In this document: piece by piece, positions 11,604-23,269 of the stretch
Numbering within the stretch: position 1 is the stretch's first letter
Layout: each line of letters starts with the position of its first letter
Assembly: GCA_000004695.1 (NCBI GenBank)
Contig: CM000155.2
Coordinates: 768,001 to 832,000 of the forward strand
Length of the DNA stretch: 64,000 bases
Direction: 5' to 3'
Source: Dictyostelium discoideum
Taxonomy: Eukaryota
The notes under the pieces: generated by a model
Seen by the model: the letters and a program-made list of their open reading frames with translations, nothing else
Databases searched by the model: none
Told to the model about the DNA's origin: nothing
Made by a program: the position numbers and the translations under genes

Positions 11604-12234
11604 GTTATTATTAATTAATTGAATAGTCATAAAATTTTGAATTATATTAATTTTACAAGTTGAAGTAGTATTTGAGGAAGCAAATTGATTTAATGCAATT
11701 TGTGTACATTTTGTATTTGATAAATAAATGGTTGATAAAGAAGGGAATTGAAGAAATATTGGTAATGATTGATTTGAAATAAAAGAATTTGATAGATTAA
11801 TTATTGATAAACTTTGAAATGGTTGAATTGAAATTGAACCACCATGATTGTAATTGTTTAATTGATTTTGAAATTGTGTACAAATGGAATGATCTGTGAA
11901 TGGAACGTTTCTAGCTACCAATTCTTTTAGTCTACTTAGTACCATTAGATATTTAAATGCTTGGTCATTTAAATTCAAATTATTCGATATATCCAATTGT
12001 TCAAGTCTTGTCATAAAACCAATATACTTTAATGATCTATTGGTAATTCTACAACAATTTGATATATCCAATTCTGTTAACTTTGGTAACCCTTTTAAAT
12101 ATTTTATACCTTTATCTTCTAATTTATTTGAATTTGATAAATTTAAAAATCTAATTGTTTTAATTCCTTTTAAAAATAAAAATAAAAATAAAAATAAAAA
12201 TAAAATATATTAATATATAAAGTAAAAGTGAATG

Positions 12235-12324
<90 letters not shown>

Positions 12325-12773
12325 TTAGGTATAAACTTACTTGAAATGTTTAAACAATGATTATTTGAAACAAAATTTGATTTTAAATCTAAAAATGTTA
12401 TAAAATGAAGAGGTATTGATAATGAAAGTTGATAAAGTATATCAACACTTAATTTATTTCTTTCAATTAATGCTTTAATTAATGTGTTATAAAATTTAAT
12501 TTTATTATTATTATTATTTTTATTATTTTTATTTTTAGTTATTGTAGAGATTTCATATAATTTTGAAAGTGGTGCATCTTCACTTCTATTAATACTTTCA
12601 AAACTATTGTCATTATAATATTCTTCATCATCATCATCTTCACCATTTTCATTATCATTTAAATTATTATTATTATTATTATTATAATCTGTGATATTTT
12701 CTAAAAAATATTCATCATTAGTTTTTACAAATGAATTGATTCTATCTAAACAGAGATTAAATAATGAATTCAT
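9729..12773 (-). CDS. Leucine-rich-repeat (F-box/LRR-like) protein with poly-Asn, Ser-rich and C-terminal Pro/Gln-rich tandem-repeat regions, ~960 aa. Two exons: join(12331..12773,9729..12166) on the minus strand.
   Basis: Exon 1 (MNSLFNLCLDRINSFV...LDLKSNFVSNNHCLNIS) ends in phase 1 at a GTAAGT donor. The intron 12167..12330 holds the (TA)n tract. The acceptor ...AAAAG joins in frame to RIKTIRFLNLSNSNKLEDKGIKYLKGLPKLTELDISNCCRITNRSLKYIGFMTRLEQLDISNN, which reads as LRR units. The C-terminal half has about eight 21-aa repeats, TPKQTPEEQQPKTPNQSPIQK. Confidence 0.6.
10100..10560 (-). repeat. 63-nt (21-codon) coding tandem repeat, ~8 copies, inside the LRR-protein CDS.
   Basis: The translated minus strand gives ...QQPKTPIQSPIQKTPKQTPEQ / QPKTPNQSPIQKTPKQTPEEQ... 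The plus strand shows the matching periodic ggtgtttttggttgtt... pattern. The antisense ORFs 10028..10633(+) and 10106..10552(-) are artefacts of this repeat. Confidence 0.85.
12239..12309. repeat. (TA)n dinucleotide repeat, ~35 units, inside the intron of the LRR-protein gene.
   Basis: Direct reading; the tract lies within the proposed intron 12167..12330. Confidence 0.95.
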
Positions 12774-12897
12774 TATTGCTTTATGAACTTTTTTTTTAAT
12801 TAAAATTAAAATAAAAAAATAAAAAAAAAAAATTATTTTTATTTTTTTGTGAAAAAATAAGAAAAAAGAAAAAAAAAAAAAAAAAAAAAGAAAAAAA

Positions 12898-12952
12898 GTG
12901 GCGCCAATTAAAAAAGTTGTTTATAATAATTTTAAAATATTTGGCGCCAAAG
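12898..12952. promoter_or_regulatory. Pair of E2F-type GC-core motifs (GTGGCGCCAATT and the palindromic TTTGGCGCCAAA) 125-180 bp upstream of the LRR-protein gene start.
   Basis: TTTGGCGCCAAA at 12940-12951 is a perfect palindromic TTTSGCGCSAAA E2F consensus. GGCGCCAA recurs at 12900-12907. These GC hexamers are very rare in this ~78% AT window. Confidence 0.45.
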
Positions 12953-13004
12953 TAAGATTTTTAAAATGTTAAAAAATAAAATTAAAATATATTTTTTTAT
13001 TTTT

Positions 13005-13050
13005 GTTGTTTTTGTTTTTGTTTTTGTTTTTGTTTTTGTTTTTGTTTTTT
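13005..13050. repeat. (TTTTTG)n hexanucleotide repeat (~7 units). A second copy of the same motif (~11 units) is at 56314..56378.
   Basis: Direct reading; both are intergenic. Confidence 0.9.
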
Positions 13051-13061
13051 TTTATAATATA

Positions 13062-15638
13062 TTATTTAATAAAATCAATTAAAAAATTAATTTTAAATTC
13101 TTTTAATAAAAATGAATTATTATAAACAACATTATTTTTAATATAAACATTATTTGGAATTGTAAAACCATTTTTAATTGCATTACAAATTAAATCTTTA
13201 AATTGATTTAACATAAAATCAACGATTTCCAAATTTGTATTATCAATAGCTATAACAAATAATTGGAATAATTCTTTTTCACAATCAGTATAAACCCAAA
13301 TGAAATTTTTAGTTAAATATTTTAAAATTTCTAAATTTCCATTATAAACTGAAACTAAAAAGAATTTTCTAATCTCTGATATAATACCTTGAGAGATTGA
13401 AGTCATTCTCGAACCTGGTATAAACAAGTGTGATAATAAATGTGAAACAATTTCAATTTCACCTCTTTTAATAATATAATCTAGTAAGGAATAAACCACT
13501 AAATTTAATCCATGTTTTTTAATTAATTGATCAATTATTAATTTCTTATTCAAAATATATTCAACAACATTGCAATCACCATTACCATATTGATAAATAC
13601 AAATTAAGACATCAACAATCTCGGATTTATATCTATTATTATTAATATAATCAGGTCTATTATTTAATAAATAATGAATTTGTTTCAATTGATTTATTTT
13701 TAAAATATTTGATGGTGTGGAATATGAAAATTTAAAAGAATTTCTTGAATTTTTATGAGTATTTTCAACCAACCATATGAAATCATCAATTGATAAATCC
13801 ACTGGTAAATTATTCCAAATGTCTTGTATTATCGTATCGGTTTGTCTATCGGTATGATAATCTGTGAAATCATTCCAATTTGAAAAAATGAATTTTGAAG
13901 AATTTAATAATTTCACGGTATCAATACCATAGATAATAAAAGATAAATTAACCAATGATGTACTAATACACATTTGATATTCCTTTGGATAACTATTTTT
14001 AAAATGAAATGCTAAATGTGGTTGATATTTTAAAAATTTATGAAACAATTGTTGAATTTGTAAATCCACTGTAATGATTTCATTTTTATCATTTATCCTT
14101 TGTTTTATTGGGAATTTCTTAAACAATAAATCAAATACTTTTGGTGACTGGATTTTAATTGAAATTTTATTAACATCAAATACATTGAAAAATTTATATA
14201 GGTTACCACAACTACCTTTACCAATTAATAAATCAACAACTAATTGTAAATAATTGAAATTATCAATATTTATACAATAAAGTATAGTTTGAGTATTTAT
14301 TAAATATTTTTGATATTTATCAGTTATTTCATTTTTTGAATATTCACAAACTGCTTTCAAGAAATCTAATTGTTTTTCTTCTTCTTGTGGACAATATTCA
14401 AATATTTTAAATTGGACATTCTTTGAACATTTATGATTGAAACATGATACTTCACCATTTTTTAATATTAAATCTTCCTTTTTAAAAATACCAAATCTAT
14501 AAGATTTAAATAATAATGGTGATAAATTTGGTGAAATAAAAGATAGTCCTGTTGATGACAAGGATTGATGATGAAAGTATTTAGATTTATAAAATAAAAA
14601 ACTTTCAAACATACATTTTTCACCTTTTTTTCTATTAAAAATAATTAACATATTATATAATTTTCTAATCATATCATTTGATGATGGGAATTTATAAATT
14701 TCTAATTTTAAATTATTTTCATCATCATCATTAAAACAAAGTTTACATTTAATTTCATCCAATTCTTCAACTGATAATAATATATATTTTTCATTTAATA
14801 ATTGTTCAACCATAATTGAATTTTCACCTTTTAATTCATTTCTAATTAATGTTACATTTTCAATATTTGTTTGAAAATCATTAATATATTCTTGAATATA
14901 TGATTTTAAATAAATTATTGAATAACAACAATCCAATATTAATTTTAAAGGTTGTCTATAAATTTGAAAACTAAATAATCTACCACATGATAATAAAAGT
15001 GGATTGTTTTGTTGAATTTTTAATTTATTAATAAAGAAATCCAATGATTTACTTAAATCTTCATCTAACGGATTTAAAATTATTTTTGTAAATAAATTAC
15101 TAAGTTTATATGACCGGATTTCATTCTCTTTTAATGATAATAAATAAGCTGCAACTTGATATGACCCAATTTCAATTGAACTTTCAATTATACTATAATT
15201 AAATTGATGATTATACTCTTCAACCAATACTTGTATCAATGCAACATTATCAAATTCAATTGCAATCTTTTCCAAAAATGATGAATTCTTTTCAGTTGGT
15301 TTAAAATAATTTGGATAATTTAATAATAATTTTGAATAAAATATTTTATCATTTTTAAAATAATCAAATAAACATTTTTTTTTAATTTCTTTTAAAATTG
15401 ATCCTTTAAATACTAAATAACTACCTTCAATCACTTTCCACCATAAAAGGTATTGATAATTAAAATTTAATAACCATTCAACTTCAATAATTTGATTATA
15501 TTGAAAAACTCCAAATTTCATTGGTTCAATTATTTTAATATTTTTAAATATTAAATTTCTAATAAAACAATTTCTAAAAATAGACCAAAAATTATTTTCA
15601 TTTTCTCCATTATCTTTATAATTTTTTTTATTATTCAT
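13062..15638 (-). CDS. Hypothetical Asn/Ile/Lys-rich protein, 858 aa, single exon; no domain recognised.
   Basis: Long uninterrupted ORF with amoeba-typical composition and no internal low-complexity frame artefacts. The N-terminal motif FWSIFRNCFIRNLIFKNI may be an F-box-like or lineage-specific N-box. I cannot assign a family by eye. Confidence 0.5.
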   Translation of the reverse strand: MNNKKNYKDNGENENNFWSIFRNCFIRNLIFKNIKIIEPMKFGVFQYNQIIEVEWLLNFNYQYLLWWKVIEGSYLVFKGSILKEIKKKCLFDYFKNDKIFYSKLLLNYPNYFKPTEKNSSFLEKIAIEFDNVALIQVLVEEYNHQFNYSIIESSIEIGSYQVAAYLLSLKENEIRSYKLSNLFTKIILNPLDEDLSKSLDFFINKLKIQQNNPLLLSCGRLFSFQIYRQPLKLILDCCYSIIYLKSYIQEYINDFQTNIENVTLIRNELKGENSIMVEQLLNEKYILLSVEELDEIKCKLCFNDDDENNLKLEIYKFPSSNDMIRKLYNMLIIFNRKKGEKCMFESFLFYKSKYFHHQSLSSTGLSFISPNLSPLLFKSYRFGIFKKEDLILKNGEVSCFNHKCSKNVQFKIFEYCPQEEEKQLDFLKAVCEYSKNEITDKYQKYLINTQTILYCINIDNFNYLQLVVDLLIGKGSCGNLYKFFNVFDVNKISIKIQSPKVFDLLFKKFPIKQRINDKNEIITVDLQIQQLFHKFLKYQPHLAFHFKNSYPKEYQMCISTSLVNLSFIIYGIDTVKLLNSSKFIFSNWNDFTDYHTDRQTDTIIQDIWNNLPVDLSIDDFIWLVENTHKNSRNSFKFSYSTPSNILKINQLKQIHYLLNNRPDYINNNRYKSEIVDVLICIYQYGNGDCNVVEYILNKKLIIDQLIKKHGLNLVVYSLLDYIIKRGEIEIVSHLLSHLFIPGSRMTSISQGIISEIRKFFLVSVYNGNLEILKYLTKNFIWVYTDCEKELFQLFVIAIDNTNLEIVDFMLNQFKDLICNAIKNGFTIPNNVYIKNNVVYNNSFLLKEFKINFLIDFIK

Positions 15639-16432
15639 TTTTTTTTTTTTTTTTTTTAATTATTTATTATTTTAAAAATAATAATAATATAAATAATAAA
15701 GATATATATATATGAAAGTTGAGAGTTTTGTTTTTACCCTTTATAATAATAATTATTTTTTTTTTTTGGTGTTTTTTTTTGGGGGCCAAGAATAAAAAAT
15801 TAAAAAAAAAAAATTAACTTGCTATTATTATTATTATTATTAAAAAACAAAAATAAAAATTAAAAAATAAAAATAATAATGATGGATGTGTGTGGTATTA
15901 TTACAATTTTTCTCAATAAATCAAAAAAATGCTTGTGGTGTGTTTTTTTTTTTTTTTTTTTCTAATTTGAGATATATGGGTTTTTTATTTTTTTTTTTTA
16001 TTCAAAAATGTAAAATCAAACACAACCACCTTTTTTTTTTTTTTTAATTATTTTTATTATTTTTTTTTTTTATTTATTTGGGAGTTAAAAAAATAAGAAT
16101 AGTAATTAGAAAATTATAAATCATTAGATCCGGATAAGACCTATTTTTTATTTTTTATTTTTTATTTTTTTTTTTTCAATATATTTTAAACTGAAGGTAA
16201 TGGGAAAAATAATCTTTTTTTTATTTTAATTTTATTAAATTCCAAAAAAAAAAAAAAAATTAAAAATCAAGATACTTTTTTATTTGATTTTTTTTTTTAT
16301 TTTTTTATTTTTTTATTTTTAATTTTTTTAATTAATTGTTGGTTTAACAACATTCTTTAAAACTCTTCTAATATCACGAACTAGGATTAAATTATTATTA
16401 TTTTTTTTTTTTTTTAAAAAAAAGATTAGAAA

Positions 16433-16445
16433 TTAGATCTTTGGA

Positions 16446-16478
<33 letters not shown>

Positions 16479-18499
16479 ACAAAAATATACTTACTTTTAT
16501 GAGCAAAATGTTGAATATTAGTTTGTTTATTTTGTTTAAAATCAATTTGATAAGCCCAAGCACCAGATTTAACAGAACGAACATCAGTATATGGATTAGT
16601 TAACCATTCTTGATAAGCTTCTTCTACTACTTTACTAGCATCATTATCATAGTCATTCCAAGTTCCATGTAAATATTGCCATACTGGGACTTCCTTTGGT
16701 TTTTCAATTTCACCAGAAACTTCAACACCTAAACGGAAACGATGATCTAAAGCCAATAACCAAACGCAACAATTCTTTACATAACGACCAGTACCAGCGG
16801 AAAAGAATTGAGCAAACAATTTAGTGAAACCACTATCAATGACAACACGACCACAATTTGCGTCGACTTTAGTTGGATCGGTTGAACTGACCAACATGAT
16901 TTTATTACCTTGGGAAGAGGAGGCTAAAACCTCCAATTTTCCATTGGCAGGGGTGATATCAGCGAATGAGGAGATGGTGACACCTTCGTAGAGATTAACG
17001 ATACCACTGGTAACCAAATGGCTTGAGAAATGTTGTTTATCCAAACCATTACCAAGTGTAAGGTCTTGTTTACCTGGTTCGTTACCATCGGCAACTACAC
17101 CATATAATCTCTTTGTCACCCAATTACCTTGTAAAATATATGGTGCATTGTCATTCCAAATGAATAAACCTTTACCAACCTTATGATATTCTTCAACTTT
17201 ATCAGCAAACTCTTGTTCAGTTGTACTATTATCATTGACATAACCAGAGATAATCAATGCAATATCAGATTGTGGTAACTTGTTAATGAAATCCTTTTGA
17301 GTGAGTGCTTCAACGATTTGGAAACCTTTGGATTTCAAATCTTTAATACATTCAAGGTCTGATGCACTGTAGAATCTACCAATGAGGATTGTAAATTGTG
17401 TGAATGCACCTTCAACACCTAAATCATGTTCAACACCTTTTGGATTTGAATATTGATCAAGTTCAACATTGGTATTAATATGTGTACCTGCATTCTCTGT
17501 ATAATAATGAACAATACTTGATCCTTTTTTAATTGGTTGAAAGAATGATGGTTGTTTCATTACTGATTTTGGTGGTGCAGTAGTGGCAGTGGTGGTAGTG
17601 GCGGTGGCAGTGGTAGCAGCAGCAGTGGTGGTGGTTGCAGCAGCAGTGGTGGTGGCTTTTTTAGTTGATTTCTTTGATTTTGGTTTAGCATTTGCTGCTC
17701 TTTTCTTTGGAGTACCATCTTCTTTTTCTTCATCAGTATCACCACCTTCATTTTCTTCTTCATCATCATCTGATTCACCTAATAAACCCAATGTCTTTGC
17801 TTTTTCCATTGCTTTCTTTTGCATGTATCTAACAAATTCATCCATTTCAATTGTACCATTACCATTTTCATCACATTCATTTAAAATTTTATCAATTCTT
17901 CTTGTTAATGGTCTTTTACCCATAGCACGAATAACAGCTAAAAATAAAAAAATACACATACACATATATTAGTATTTTTTTAAAAAAAAATAATAAATAA
18001 ATAAAAAAATAAATAAATAATTACATTTTAATTCATCAGCACCAATAGTTTTACCATTTCTAGAGAATAATCTAAAAATCATTTCTAATTGTTGTTCAGT
18101 TGGACCAGTGTAATCATTACCAAGTAAATTAAATAAAGAAGCTTGTCTTTGTTTAGTATTTGAAATTAAATCTAAAGCTTCTCTAGCCTTCTTTCTAATT
18201 CTAGTTTCAATATATTTTGGTGGTTGAGTAGTATCAACTTCTTTTCTTTTATTGTTTGGTGGTGAGTTGGTTGAAACTGTTGTTGATGTAGTTGTGTTAG
18301 CAGCTGCAGTTGTAGTTTGACCATTTGATGATGTACTTTCAGTGGATGAAGTAGTTGGTGCAGTGGTTGTTGATGTTGAAGCTGAAGTATTATCAGTTGA
18401 TGTTGATGTTGATGTTGATGTAGTATTAGTAGCAGTGTTAGTGGCTTCAGTTGCTACATCTGTGTTTGTGATTGATTCAATATTTTGTTGTTCTGTTGA

Positions 18500-18502
<3 letters not shown>
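16433..18502 (-). CDS. EF-hand-pair + central domain of unknown function + C-terminal WWE-domain protein, ~660 aa. Two exons: join(18025..18502,16433..17937) on the minus strand.
   Basis: Exon 1 (MSTEQQN... Thr/Ser-rich ... EQQLEMIFRLFSRNGKTIGADELK) ends in phase 1 at a GTAATT donor. The TTTTTAG acceptor gives ...S VIRAMGKRPLTRRIDKILNECDENGNGTIEMDEFVRYMQKK. DENGNGTIEMDE is a canonical 12-residue EF loop, paired with a degenerate first loop. An acidic DDDEEENE linker and a Thr/Ala-rich linker follow. The C-terminus VWQYLHGTWNDYDNDASKVVEEAYQEWLTNPYTDVRSVKSGAWAYQIDFKQNKQTNIQHFAHK fits the WWE (poly-ADP-ribose/iso-ADP-ribose-binding) consensus W..W...Y......E.A.......Y.IDF..Q.N. Confidence 0.7.
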
Positions 18503-18530
<28 letters not shown>

Positions 18531-18700
18531 CAAAAATAAATTACTATTATCTGTTTATTTAAAAAAAAAAAATAACCGTTATGAAATTATATAATATATT
18601 TTTAGAATAAAGAGAAAAAAAAATAATGAAAATAAAAAAAAAAAAAATTATGAAAATAAAAAACAGTTAAGATATTTTTTTTTATGATTATAATAATATT

Positions 18701-18742
<42 letters not shown>

Positions 18743-18834
18743 TTTCAAAAAAATCATATTTTCCCAGAAACCAAGGGTTTTGTTTAAAATTTCAATAAAA
18801 TAATTTTGGTTGGGGCTCAAAAATAATATTCTGG

Positions 18835-18915
<81 letters not shown>

Positions 18916-19014
18916 CAATAGTTTATTGTTTACTTTATTTTTTTGCTTTTTTTTTATTTTTTTTATTTTTTTTTTATTTTTTTTCCAGGATTTTATATTA
19001 TTTTCTTTTCTTTT

Positions 19015-19415
19015 TTATAGTTGATGAACAGTCGAAGATTTTTCTTCCTTTTTAGCGATAATTACAACTACACCATCCCTTTTACCAACGGTTGAAGCAG
19101 CTATTGGAGAGGATAATCTAATAACCTTTGAAAAATGACCTTCTTGAATATCAGTTTGTCTACAATTTACTTGAGTATTTGGTACAGAGATTTCTGAACC
19201 GTTTGGAATTTGAATAGTATCTGGTAATGAGATAATACCTTCTAAAATGATATCCATTTGATTGACAGTGATTTTTAAAGCATTTGGTTTATAGAATGGT
19301 ATAAAAGCATAGATTATAAATGATTCACTAGTTTCAGTTACATTAACAGGAATACTATTCTGTTTAAAAAAGTTTACACAACTATTACCACCAATAGTAT
19401 TATTTTGTTTGTTTA

Positions 19416-19452
<37 letters not shown>

Positions 19453-21107
19453 ACCATTTTTCATATTATTATTATTATTATTGTCACATGTTGTTGTAGT
19501 TGTAGTATTTTTATTACCACCACCACCTATAATTGAATTTGAAAATACACTGCCACCACCACTATTTACACCAATACCATCTAATCCATTACCATCGGAA
19601 AACATTGAACCATTATTATTATTATTACTATTATTACTACTATTTGCTAATAAACTTAAAGCTGGTGATGGTGATGCTAAAGTACCCCCACCAATTGGGA
19701 TCACTGTACCAGTTCCTCCAATGGTATAACTATTGTTCACTGCAAATTCACTATCATCAATAGTTGTGTAAGTTCTCTTATTTATTGATTTAATATCACG
19801 TAATTCACTTTCCCATCTTGCCAACTCATCATGAGTGAAAGCCCAATCTGGATGACTATTTTTAAAATCTACACCATAGTTTTTCTGTTGTAACTCACTA
19901 CTATGAATAAATTCAATAAATGGTAACAATGATGCATACTTTATACATGTTAAAAATGCATCATGATTATTAAGTAAACCATTTGAAACATCATGATTCT
20001 TTCTCTTTTTTCTCTTTTTAACATCATTTTTTGATGTTGATCTTTCATTTTCTGCTGATGCAATATAATCTTTAATTGAACCCTATTATTATTTGAGTTT
20101 TTATTAATATATACATTACATTATTATTATTATTTTATAAAAAATATACATACTTCATCTAAATTTTGAAATATAAAAGTATAAACAGCACCACATAAAT
20201 TTGCCATATCATTTGGTTGTTTATATCTTTTATCTAATGAAATTTTATTTGTATATAAAGAGAGTACAGTACTTCTTGGTACACTTGGATTCTTTTTACC
20301 TGGTACAACTCTAAAGTAGAAAGCGAGGAATGTCAATGCTTCCTTTTTCTTATCATCACCATTACCAATTTTAATATCTTGTGAAACTGGTCTAAGATTT
20401 CTTTGTTGAATTAATAATTGTGCTGTAAATACTGGTTGTTCCATTTGTAAATGATTATTTGAATATAGTGGTAAAACTACTGGTGGTGGTGGTGGTGGTT
20501 GTGGTGGTGTTGAATAATGATATTCAATAATTTCTTGTTGTTGTTGTTGTTGTTGAGTCGTATCAGTCGTAAATTGAGCTTGTAATGTTTCTTGTTGCTG
20601 TTGTTGTTGTTGTTGTGGTTGTTGTTCTTCTTCTTGATTTTCTTTTAATTCCTGCTGTTGCTGTTGTGGTTGTAGTTGTTGTTGATGTTGTGGTTGTTGT
20701 GAATTTTGTGAATGTTGTGATAATAAATCAGAGAAAGATGGTAGTGGTGATTCTACTGTTAGTTTAACAGATTGATCAACAACTTGGTATTGGTGATCAT
20801 GATCTGAGAGTTTTTGTTTTTTTAATCTTTGTTCGTCATCATCATTATCATTATCTCCATTGGATTGTGCATCAATGCTATTTATTGTATCTTTTACTTC
20901 TTTGGCTTGTTGTTGTTGTAGTTGTTGTTGTAGTTGTAGTTGTTGTTGCTGTTGTTGGAGGAGGATATTTGAAATACTACCACTACTGCTAATACTGTTG
21001 GTATCTTTATCTTTACCATCTTTACTCATAAATAAATAAAGTGGAGAATTTTGTTCGAGTAAATTTGGTGTTTCGATAGCATCCATTAAAAATGCACTTT
21101 CTTCCAT
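19015..21107 (-). CDS. Poly-Gln/Pro-rich protein with a C-terminal HSP20/p23(CS)-like beta-sandwich candidate, ~673 aa. Two exons: join(20154..21107,19015..20082) on the minus strand.
   Basis: Exon 1 (MEESAFLMDAIETPNLLEQ... polyQ ... ANLCGAVYTFIFQNLDE) ends in phase 0 at a GTATGT donor. The AATAG acceptor continues GSIKDYIASAENERSTSKNDVKKRKKRKNHD... (basic NLS-like) ...LLPFIEFIHSSELQQ. The C-terminal block ETSESFIIYAFIPFYKPNALKITVNQMDIILEGIIS...HFSKVIRLSSPIAASTVGKRDGVVVI resembles alpha-crystallin/CS-domain strands. The family call is weak. Confidence 0.5.
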
Positions 21108-21138
21108 TGTGTTATTTATTTGAGTTTTATTTTATTTT

Positions 21139-21174
<36 letters not shown>

Positions 21175-21228
21175 CAAATTTTGTGGCGGTAAATACTGAT
21201 TTTGAAAAAAAAATAAAAAAATCTTGAA

Positions 21229-21264
<36 letters not shown>

Positions 21265-21404
21265 CCTAATTTCTCCCAAATCTATCTAAAAACTTATTGA
21301 TTATCTTGTTATATTTTATTTTTTTATTTGTTGTTTATAGTTTTCTAGTTTTCTCTTTTTGGGGGGGGGGGTTGGGTTTAACCCCACCCCATTAAAAACA
21401 AAGG

Positions 21405-21451
<47 letters not shown>

Positions 21452-21942
21452 AGGTACAAAAAATAATTTTTTTTTTTTTTTTAATTTTCCACCAATCCGG
21501 TTTTTTATTTTTTTTTTTTTTATTTTTTTAATTAATTTTTTTTTTTTTTTGATTTATTTTTAAAAAAAAACAGAAATTATTTTTTTTTTTTTTATTTTTT
21601 TTTAATTTTTTTTATTTTTTTTTAATTTTTTTTAATTTTTTTTTTTTGGTTTTTTTTTTTTATTTTATTGAATATTTATTATAATTTTCAAATAAAGTTA
21701 TATTAAAGTTATTTTAAAATTATATATATATATACCCTTTTCCATCGATTTGTGGACTTATATATTTTTAATTAATTAAATATTTATTTTATTTATTTAA
21801 ATAATTAATTTGGTTATTAATTAAATAATTATTTTATTTATTTATTTATTTATTTATCCATTATTAATAAGGCTTATGTGTTAAAAATAAAAAAATTAAA
21901 TTAAATAAAAAAAAAACCCCGGTTTTGGGGGGTAAAAAATTT

Positions 21943-21976
<34 letters not shown>

Positions 21977-22186
21977 ATATTATTTCTTAAATTGGCAATT
22001 TTTGGTAATGAATTTTATAATCAAATTGATTATATGTTAATATTACAATAATAATGGTAAAGTGGTGGTAATAATTTAATTAATTATTCAGGCAATTCAA
22101 ATAGAATAGATGAAAATAATAAATCAAATAAAAATACAATTGATGATAAACAAACCACTAATAAAATCAAAAATGAATCAATTGAT

Positions 22187-22252
22187 AAAATCGTTGAGAA
22201 TAAAATTATAAATAAAATAAAATTTATATTTCTTTTTATTCTCAACGATTTT
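22187..22252. repeat. 19-bp perfect inverted repeat with 28-nt AT loop (hairpin-forming) in the 2.1-kb divergent intergenic region.
   Basis: aaaatcgttgagaataaaa (22187-22205) and ttttattctcaacgatttt (22234-22252) are exact reverse complements. Confidence 0.85.
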
Positions 22253-22874
22253 AATAATTATTTAGTTTAATTTATTACTTAAAAAAAAAAAAATAATTAA
22301 AATTAAATTCTCACCAAAAACAATCATTGAGTATATAAAATGATTATTTTTAGTGGGTTTGGGTTTAAAAAAATAATACAATACAAATTTACTTTTTTGG
22401 TAATTTTAAAAATGAAATTTTAATATTATCTGATGATTGTTTTTATCAACTTTGTTATAATTTTTTTTTTTTTTTTTCATTCGATATACATATCAACAAT
22501 ATGAGCTTTGCCAAAAAATTAACAAAAAAAAAAAATTTGGAAATAGAGAAAAGTGGGATTTAAAAAAAAAAAAAAAAAAAAAAGGAATTCATGGCCCTCT
22601 TTAAAAACAAATCATCTTCTTTTTTGAACTTTATTAAAATCTTAAAAGGGGATTTTTTTTATTTTTATTTTATTTTAAAAAAAGGAAAAAAAAAAACCAA
22701 ATTTTCTTTTGATTTTCCAAAAAAAATAATTAATTTAAAAAAATAAAAAAAGGGGAAAATAAAATAAATTTTAAAAAAAAAATTTAAAATTTTAAAAAAA
22801 AAAAAAATTAAAATTCATTTATCCTAAAAAAAAAAAAACAAAAAAAAAAGTTTTTTTTTTTTTTTTTTTAATTA

Positions 22875-22911
<37 letters not shown>

Positions 22912-23269
22912 TAAAATTAAAATTTTTTAAGAAAGGATCTATTGGATAAAAAATAATTATTTATTTTTTTTTTTCATTTTTTTTTTTTTTTTTTTTTTTT
23001 TTTTCGTATGTAAAGACCCTTTAGTAATAAAATAAATACCCTTTTTTTTTTTCTATTGGTACCAATATTAATAATAGCAACAATATTAATAATAACAATA
23101 AATATAAATAATAATAAAAAAGAAGAAAATAATTTATTTTTAAAATTTTTTTTTTTATTAAAAAAAAAAAAAAAAAAAATATATATATAATTACATATTT
23201 TATTAAATTTTATTTTTATTTTCATTATCATTTCATTTTTATACAATTTAATTTATAATAGTACTAAAA

